Below, in pieces: positions 54,436 through 64,000 of a DNA stretch of 64,000 nucleotides (positions within the stretch are counted from its first letter, which is position 1; each line of letters begins with the position of its first letter). Under the pieces are notes generated by a model. The model ran no database searches. It saw nothing but the letters and a program-made list of their open reading frames with translations, and had not been told where the DNA came from. Position numbers and translations under genes: made by a program. Source of the DNA: an uncultured archaeon (GTDB taxonomy: Archaea; Hadarchaeota; Hadarchaeia; Hadarchaeales; WYZ-LMO6); contig CALJER010000008.1 in NCBI GenBank assembly GCA_938074535.1, forward strand, positions 1 to 64,000, written 5' to 3'.

Positions 54436-55256
54436 GGGGCCGTCCCCTGCAGGGCTTTCTCGCCCTGACCAAAAGGGAGCTGAAAAAGTGGTACAAGGAA
54501 CCCCTCCTCCTGCTCATCACCGTCCTCCAGCCCCTCATCTGGATGGTCTTCCTGGGGAAGGCCATGAACCTGGGGGCAGTTTTCGGGGGAGGGGTACCGC
54601 CCGAGCTGGCCAGGGGACTCATGCTCCGCTCCTTCGGGACCACCGACTACTTCTCCTTCATGGCCACGGGGATGATCGCCGTCACCTGCCTCTTCACCAC
54701 CATGTTCACCGGGTTCTCCATCATCTGGGACCGCAGACTGGGCTTCCTCAACAAGGTCCTGAGCACCCCCGTTTCCAGGGCCTCCGTGATCTTCTCCAAG
54801 GTCGTCTACGCCACCCTTCGCTCTTCCTTCCAGGTCCTCATCATCCTGGTGGCCGCCTTCGCCCTGGGGCTGAAGGTGGGCCCCGGCTTCCATCCCCTCC
54901 ACCTGCTTGGGGTCTTCCTGGTCGCCTTCATGGTGTGCGTGACCTTCTCCTCCCTCTTCCTCATGCTGGCCCTCAGGTCCACCAGGTGGGAGGCCCCCAT
55001 GGCCATGGTGAACCTGATGCTCATGCCCCTGATGTTCGCCTCCAACGTCTTCTTCCCCCTGGAGCTGATGCCAGGCTGGCTGAGGGCCATAGCCAGCGTG
55101 AACCCCCTCTCCTACACCAACGATGCCGTGAGGCAGTTCACCATCTGGAGGCTGGACAGGGGCGCCCTCTTGAGGGACCTGGCCTACCTGGGGCTCTTCA
55201 GCCTGACCATCTCTTCCCTGAGCGTCTACCTGGCCAAGAAGTACCTCTCCCGCTAA
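54417..55256 (+). CDS. ABC-2 type permease
   Basis: [44 protein letters not shown] start after a GGGTGA SD. Confidence 0.92.
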   Translation: MEGQEVGGRPLQGFLALTKRELKKWYKEPLLLLITVLQPLIWMVFLGKAMNLGAVFGGGVPPELARGLMLRSFGTTDYFSFMATGMIAVTCLFTTMFTGFSIIWDRRLGFLNKVLSTPVSRASVIFSKVVYATLRSSFQVLIILVAAFALGLKVGPGFHPLHLLGVFLVAFMVCVTFSSLFLMLALRSTRWEAPMAMVNLMLMPLMFASNVFFPLELMPGWLRAIASVNPLSYTNDAVRQFTIWRLDRGALLRDLAYLGLFSLTISSLSVYLAKKYLSR

Positions 55257-55639
55257 CCCTTGAGCTCTATCTTGATGTGGACTTCCGGCGGGATCTGCAG
55301 GCGCATGAGCTGCCGCATCGCCCTCTCATCCGCCTTCACGTAGATGAGCCTTTTATGTATCCTGAGCTCCCACTTATCCCAGGTGGCCGTTCCCTCCCCA
55401 TCCGGAGCCTTCTTCACGGGCACCACGATGCGCTTGGTGGGAAGGGGGATGGGACCCCAAACCACCCTCTCCCCTCCCTCCTGGGCCTTCTTCGCCTGGG
55501 CCATGATGCGCTTGGGGGGGAGGGGAATGGGTCCGGACATCTCCACTCCGGTGCGCTGGGCTATCTCCTTGATCTGCGCACATATCTCATCCAGCTTCCT
55601 GTGATCCGTACCGGACAGGTGGATCTTGGCCCGCTGCAT
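55253..55639 (-). CDS. rps10: 30S ribosomal protein uS10 with internal 26-aa duplication
   Basis: AKIHLSG, GPIPLP(T/P)KR present twice, [19 protein letters not shown]; follows tuf. Confidence 0.95.
   Translation of the reverse strand: MQRAKIHLSGTDHRKLDEICAQIKEIAQRTGVEMSGPIPLPPKRIMAQAKKAQEGGERVVWGPIPLPTKRIVVPVKKAPDGEGTATWDKWELRIHKRLIYVKADERAMRQLMRLQIPPEVHIKIELKG
55379..55534 (-). repeat. Diverged 2 x 78-nt tandem repeat within rps10
   Basis: [26 protein letters not shown] (55457-55534) and [26 protein letters not shown] (55379-55456). Confidence 0.88.
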
Positions 55640-55679
55640 CCAGGCACCCCTCACCTTTTACCGGGAGGGTAAAAAAGGT

Positions 55680-56942
55680 TCACTTGGCCTTCACCACGTC
55701 TATACACACGCCCGCCGCGATGGTCATACCCATGTCGCGGATCGCAAACCTGGCGAGCTGGGGTATGTCCGAAACCTTCTCGATCACGAGGGGCTTCGTA
55801 GGCTTTACCCTGATGGTGGCCATGTCGCCCTTCTTTATGAACTGGGGATGCTCCTCCACCACCTGGCCCGTCCTCGGATCCAGCTTGTTGATAATTTCCG
55901 TGATCTGGCAGGCCACCTGGGCGGTGTGAACGTGGAACACGGGCGTGTAGCCCACCGCTATGGCCGTCGGGTGCTGCAGGACTGCTATCCTGGCCACGAA
56001 CTCGCTCGCCACCGTCGGCGGGGAGCTCGGCAGGCCCGCCACGTCACCCCTCCTGATCTCGTTCTTGGCTATCCCCCTTATGTTGAACCCTATGTTGTCC
56101 CCCGGTTCAGCCTTGGGGATGGACTCGTGGTGCATCTCTATGGACTTCACCTCGCCCGTCTTCCCGGAAGGCTCGAGCACCAGGGTATCACCCACCTTGA
56201 GCACCCCCGTTTCCACCCTGCCCACCGGCACCGTCCCCACACCCGTGATGGAGTACACGTCCTGGATGGGAATCCTCAGGGGCTTGTCTATGGGCTTCGG
56301 AGGTATCACGAAAGAGTCGAGGGCCTGCAGCATGGTGGGGCCGCTGTACCACTTCATCTTCTCGCTGGGCTTCGTCACGTTCTCTCCGTGGAAGGCCGAC
56401 ACGGGAACGAAGGGGAACTTGTCCGCGTTCCTGAACCCCACCACTCTCAGCATCTCCATGATCTCCGACCTCAGCTTCTCGTAAACCTCCTTCTTGTACT
56501 CCACCAAGTCCATCTTGTTGACCGCCACCGCCAGCTGCCCCACCCCCAGCGTGAAAGCAAGGGCGGCGTGCTCCCTCGTCTGGGGCATGATCCCATCGTC
56601 CGCAGCCACCACCAGGATGCCCGCATCCGCCTGACTGGCCCCCGTGATCATGTTCTTGACGAAGTCCCTGTGGCCGGGGGCATCTATGAGGGTGAAGTAA
56701 TACTTGTCGGTCTCGAACTTCCTGTGGGCCAGGTCAATGGTGAGGCCGCGCTCCCTCTCCTCCTTCAAGTCGTCCATCACCCAAGCGAACTTGAAGGCCT
56801 TCCCCTTGTCCCCTAGGGCCTCGAACTTCTTTATCTCCTCCTCCTTCACCACCCCCGTCTCGAAGAGCAGCCTCCCCAGGAGGGTGGACTTGCCGTGGTC
56901 CACGTGCCCCATCGTCACCAGGTTCAGGTGTGGTTTGGCCAT
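55680..56942 (-). CDS. tuf: Translation elongation factor EF-1alpha
   Basis: [37 protein letters not shown]. Confidence 0.98.
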   Translation of the reverse strand: MAKPHLNLVTMGHVDHGKSTLLGRLLFETGVVKEEEIKKFEALGDKGKAFKFAWVMDDLKEERERGLTIDLAHRKFETDKYYFTLIDAPGHRDFVKNMITGASQADAGILVVAADDGIMPQTREHAALAFTLGVGQLAVAVNKMDLVEYKKEVYEKLRSEIMEMLRVVGFRNADKFPFVPVSAFHGENVTKPSEKMKWYSGPTMLQALDSFVIPPKPIDKPLRIPIQDVYSITGVGTVPVGRVETGVLKVGDTLVLEPSGKTGEVKSIEMHHESIPKAEPGDNIGFNIRGIAKNEIRRGDVAGLPSSPPTVASEFVARIAVLQHPTAIAVGYTPVFHVHTAQVACQITEIINKLDPRTGQVVEEHPQFIKKGDMATIRVKPTKPLVIEKVSDIPQLARFAIRDMGMTIAAGVCIDVVKAK

Positions 56943-56993
56943 CTTCTCGACCTTAGTCTCGATTGTCCTCCCGAATTTAAATCTTTTTGTGTT

Positions 56994-57599
56994 TCACCTG
57001 GCCTTCTCGGCTATCCTCTCTATCTCTTCCTTCCTGGCCACCGCATAGCTCTTGGAGTCGTACTGGGAGGCCAGGATGATTTCTTCGGCCAAACACTCCT
57101 CTATGGGTTTTTTGTTCCTGAAGGAAGCGGCGAAGGCCCCTGCCGCCAGATTCATCAGGGCCACGTCGATTCCCCTGGCGGGAGAGGCGTCCACCGCCAG
57201 ATGATAGGTGATGCCTCCGTAGGTAATCCTGGTAGTTTCCTCCCGGGGAGCGGCGTAGTGGATGGCGTCCACCAGCACCTGCAGGGGGTTCTTCTTCGTC
57301 CTTTCCTCTATGATCTCGAAAGCCCTCTTCACGATGTTGTAGGCCTTGTGCTTCTTTCCGCACGCACCCGCTCCCCGAATCACCTTCCCCCCTATCTTCT
57401 TGGCCCCCGGCCCAGACCTCATGACCTTGTTTATGAGGCGCTCCACTATCGGCACTTTTGCCTTGCCCAGACTCTCGTAGACATGCCTCCCGCCCGAAGA
57501 CAGGGCCAGCGTGGGCTGCAACCTCAGGTACCTCTTCATCCCCGGGTCCCTGATCTCCACCCCCTCCGCAGACCACTTCCCGAAGTACTTCATCTCCAA
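56994..57599 (-). CDS. rps7: 30S ribosomal protein uS7
   Basis: FGKW, IVERLINK, NPLQVLV, PREET, AEEII, EIERIA. Confidence 0.96.
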   Translation of the reverse strand: MEMKYFGKWSAEGVEIRDPGMKRYLRLQPTLALSSGGRHVYESLGKAKVPIVERLINKVMRSGPGAKKIGGKVIRGAGACGKKHKAYNIVKRAFEIIEERTKKNPLQVLVDAIHYAAPREETTRITYGGITYHLAVDASPARGIDVALMNLAAGAFAASFRNKKPIEECLAEEIILASQYDSKSYAVARKEEIERIAEKAR

Positions 57600-57603
57600 A
57601 CCA

Positions 57604-58032
57604 TCACCTCGCGGGCTTTTCCTTCCTGCCCTTCACCAGCTCCTTCAGGGAAACTCCGTTCACCTTCACCACCCTGTACCTCACCCCGGGGATGTCTCCC
57701 TTAGGACCCCCCTGGGCACCGCCTATCCCCTCTATGATCACCTCGTCGTGCTCGTCGATGAACCCTATGGCACCGTCACCGGGAGCGAAGGCAGTCACCT
57801 GCCTGCCGTTCTTCACTATCTGGACCCTGACGCACTTCCTTATGGCCGAGTTGGGCTGCTTCGCCTCCATCCCCACCTTCTCCAAAACGATAGCCCTGGC
57901 CTGGGGGGCCCCTTCCAGGGGATCGGCTTTCTTGTCCAGCCCCAGCATCCTCCGCTGGTAAGCCGAGTCCCTCCACCTGAACCTCTGCCTGCTGGACTTC
58001 AGCTTCCTGGCCGCAAATTCTCCCCTTCCCAT
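57604..58032 (-). CDS. rps12: 30S ribosomal protein uS12
   Basis: [24 protein letters not shown]. Confidence 0.98.
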   Translation of the reverse strand: MGRGEFAARKLKSSRQRFRWRDSAYQRRMLGLDKKADPLEGAPQARAIVLEKVGMEAKQPNSAIRKCVRVQIVKNGRQVTAFAPGDGAIGFIDEHDEVIIEGIGGAQGGPKGDIPGVRYRVVKVNGVSLKELVKGRKEKPAR

Positions 58033-58053
58033 CTCATCCCCTCCGGCGCCCCC

Positions 58054-58478
58054 TCATTTTATTATTATGTTGTGGATTCCACAGTTCCTCTGGGCGAGCC
58101 TCTTCGCCCTCTTAATCCTTGCACCGCCCTTCCCTATCGCAAGTCCCTTGTCCTGCTGCCTCACCTCAAGCACCGCCACCTTCTTCCCGTCCTCCTCCGC
58201 GAAGACCAGGGAACCTATCTGGGCGGGGGCAAAGAGCAGTCTGAGGAACTCCTCCGGATCCTCCGAGTACCCCACCACCTCCACCTCCTTCCCGAGCATC
58301 TTCTTGAGCTTCTTTACGTGGCACCCGTTCTTACCCACGCAGAGTCCCACCAGCTCCTTCTGCACCAGAAACACCAGTCTGTTCTCCCCCTCGCTGAGGA
58401 TGCAATCCCTGGCCTTCACCCCGCTTACCATCTCCAGGAGGGAAATATATCTCATCTCTTCCTCGCTGAGGACGATGT

Positions 58479-58482
<4 letters not shown>
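58054..58482 (-). CDS. nusA: Archaeal NusA-like KH-domain transcription factor
   Basis: VGKNG and AIGKGG KH motifs; conserved position between rpl30e and rps12. Confidence 0.93.
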
Positions 58483-62561
<4,079 letters not shown>

Positions 62562-62572
62562 CTCCCCACCCC

Positions 62573-64000
62573 TCAGGCCTTATCCCGCAGCTTTATGCGG
62601 GCATCCAGGCAGAGCGACCTGAGCTCGTCCAGCATCAGCTTGAAGGCGTAGGGCATCTCCACGGTGTAGATCTCCGACTCCTCCCCGCAGAAGGAGCAGT
62701 AGGTCCTTCCCCTCCTCCTGTCGTAAACCGCAAAGTGCCCGCACTTCCCGCAGACCAGGGCATCGAACTTGTCCGAGCTCTCCAGGAGCCTGTCCCTGAG
62801 GAGCCTGGCCGCACCGTACCCTATCAGGCAGTCCCTCTCCATCTCCCCGAACCTGAGCCCCCCTTCCCTCGCCTTTCCCTCCGTGGGCTGGTGGGTGAGG
62901 ACCTGAACGGGACCCCTGGACCTCACGTGCACCTTGTCCGCCGCCATGTGATGGAGCTTCTGGTAGTAGCAAACCCCTATGAAGATCTCCGCCGGAATCA
63001 TCTCCCCTGTCATCCCGTTGTACATCACCTCCTTTCCCACCGGCTGGAAGCCCCTCTCCTTCAGCATCTCCCTGATTTTCTCCTCGGGCTCGCCTCCGAA
63101 GGTGGTGCCGTCCATCACCCTGCCTGCCAGCGCCCCCGCCTTCCCCGCCACCATCTCCAGGAGCTGCCCTATGGACATCCTGGAAGGTATGGCGTGCGGG
63201 TTGATGATGAGGTCGGGAACGATGCCGCTCTCCGTGAAGGGCATGTCCGCTCCGTCCATCACCAATCCCACCACTCCCTTCTGCCCGTGCCTCGAGGCAA
63301 ACTTGTCCCCCACCTCCGGTATCCTGAGGCTCCTCACCCTCACCCTGGCCGCCCTGTTTCCCTCGGCCGTCATCACCAGGTAAACCATGTCGGCTATTCC
63401 TTCCTCCCCTGGTTTTATCCGGATGGAGCTCTCCCTCCTTCCCACCTCCATCTTCACCCCGAACTCGTCCGTTTCTTCGAAGAACCTCGGGGGGCTGGTC
63501 CTACCTATCACCACGTCCTCCACCCTGAGCCTGGACTCCGGCTCCACTATTCCCTCCTCTCCCAGGTTGGCGTAGCGGGAGATGTCCGAGTACCCTCTTA
63601 CCTCCTCGCTGGGTATCTCGAACTTGTCCCTCTGCCCTCCGGAGTACCTTCCCTCCTCGGCCTCGTAAATGGTGAAGGAGGTGCTCCTCCCCAGCCCACG
63701 GTCTATCGAATCCCTGTTGACGATGAGGGCGTCCTCCATGTTGTAACCTCCGTAGCAGGCGATGGCCACCACCAGATTCTGACCGCAGGGCCTCTCCCCC
63801 AGCCCCAGGAGGTCCACCACCTTGGTCCCCACCAGGGGGCGCTGGGGGTAGTGGAGGAAGTAGGCGTGGGTGTCGGTCCTGATGTGCATGCTCACGGAGA
63901 AAATTCCCAGGGCCTGCTTCGCCATGTTCGCCCCGTAGGTGTTCCTGGGAGACTGGTTGTGCTCGGCGTAGGGGATGAGGGAAGCGCTTCCTCCCAGCAT
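62573..64000 (-). CDS. rpoB: DNA-directed RNA polymerase subunit B (C-terminal part; start outside the window)
   Basis: HNQSPRN, GDKFASRHGQKG, PDLIINPH, KLHHM, GGLRFGEMERD, C-terminal Zn ribbon. Confidence 0.97.
   Translation of the reverse strand: MLGGSASLIPYAEHNQSPRNTYGANMAKQALGIFSVSMHIRTDTHAYFLHYPQRPLVGTKVVDLLGLGERPCGQNLVVAIACYGGYNMEDALIVNRDSIDRGLGRSTSFTIYEAEEGRYSGGQRDKFEIPSEEVRGYSDISRYANLGEEGIVEPESRLRVEDVVIGRTSPPRFFEETDEFGVKMEVGRRESSIRIKPGEEGIADMVYLVMTAEGNRAARVRVRSLRIPEVGDKFASRHGQKGVVGLVMDGADMPFTESGIVPDLIINPHAIPSRMSIGQLLEMVAGKAGALAGRVMDGTTFGGEPEEKIREMLKERGFQPVGKEVMYNGMTGEMIPAEIFIGVCYYQKLHHMAADKVHVRSRGPVQVLTHQPTEGKAREGGLRFGEMERDCLIGYGAARLLRDRLLESSDKFDALVCGKCGHFAVYDRRRGRTYCSFCGEESEIYTVEMPYAFKLMLDELRSLCLDARIKLRDKA

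Noticed and set aside
52332-55256. Integrative element at tRNA-Ser
   Set aside because: No integrase, no duplicated tRNA 3' end (att site) noticed, and no compositional shift.

Overview
A 64-kb, gene-dense, GC-rich archaeal chromosome segment. Archaeal markers include split rpoA'/rpoA'', rpl30e, archaeal NusA, EF-1alpha, GatD/GatE, Sec61beta, RFC-L, archease and Tsr3. The organism is probably an anaerobe (class III RNR, CoA activases); a thermophilic Hadarchaeota-like lineage is only a guess. Most of the window is housekeeping: rad50/mre11, Mo/W-cofactor genes, queC, glmS, purA, glyS, thi4, tRNA-Ser(TGA) and the rpoB-to-rps10 cluster. I found no CRISPR array, rRNA or intact mobile element. 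The most interesting part is a catabolic-looking island at 39.2-49.1 kb. Its minus-strand operon encodes two 2-hydroxyacyl-CoA dehydratase/benzoyl-CoA-reductase-type subunits, two CoA activases (one with a degenerate ATP site), a small Cys-rich protein, a truncated acetyl-CoA-synthase (CdhC)-like protein with a different Cys motif, and a CooC-like ATPase. Divergent from it are a saccharopine-dehydrogenase-like enzyme, a form IV RuBisCO-like protein and an FGGY kinase. Other notable items: a wHTH/Panacea-like regulator with matching operators before itself and nrdG-nrdD, a 26-aa tandem duplication in ribosomal protein uS10, apparent CTG start codons in purA and tsr3, a structured repeat-containing element after nrdD, a K+ channel with a TVGFGS filter, and two decayed regions. 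All family assignments come from motif recognition by eye; no database searches were run.
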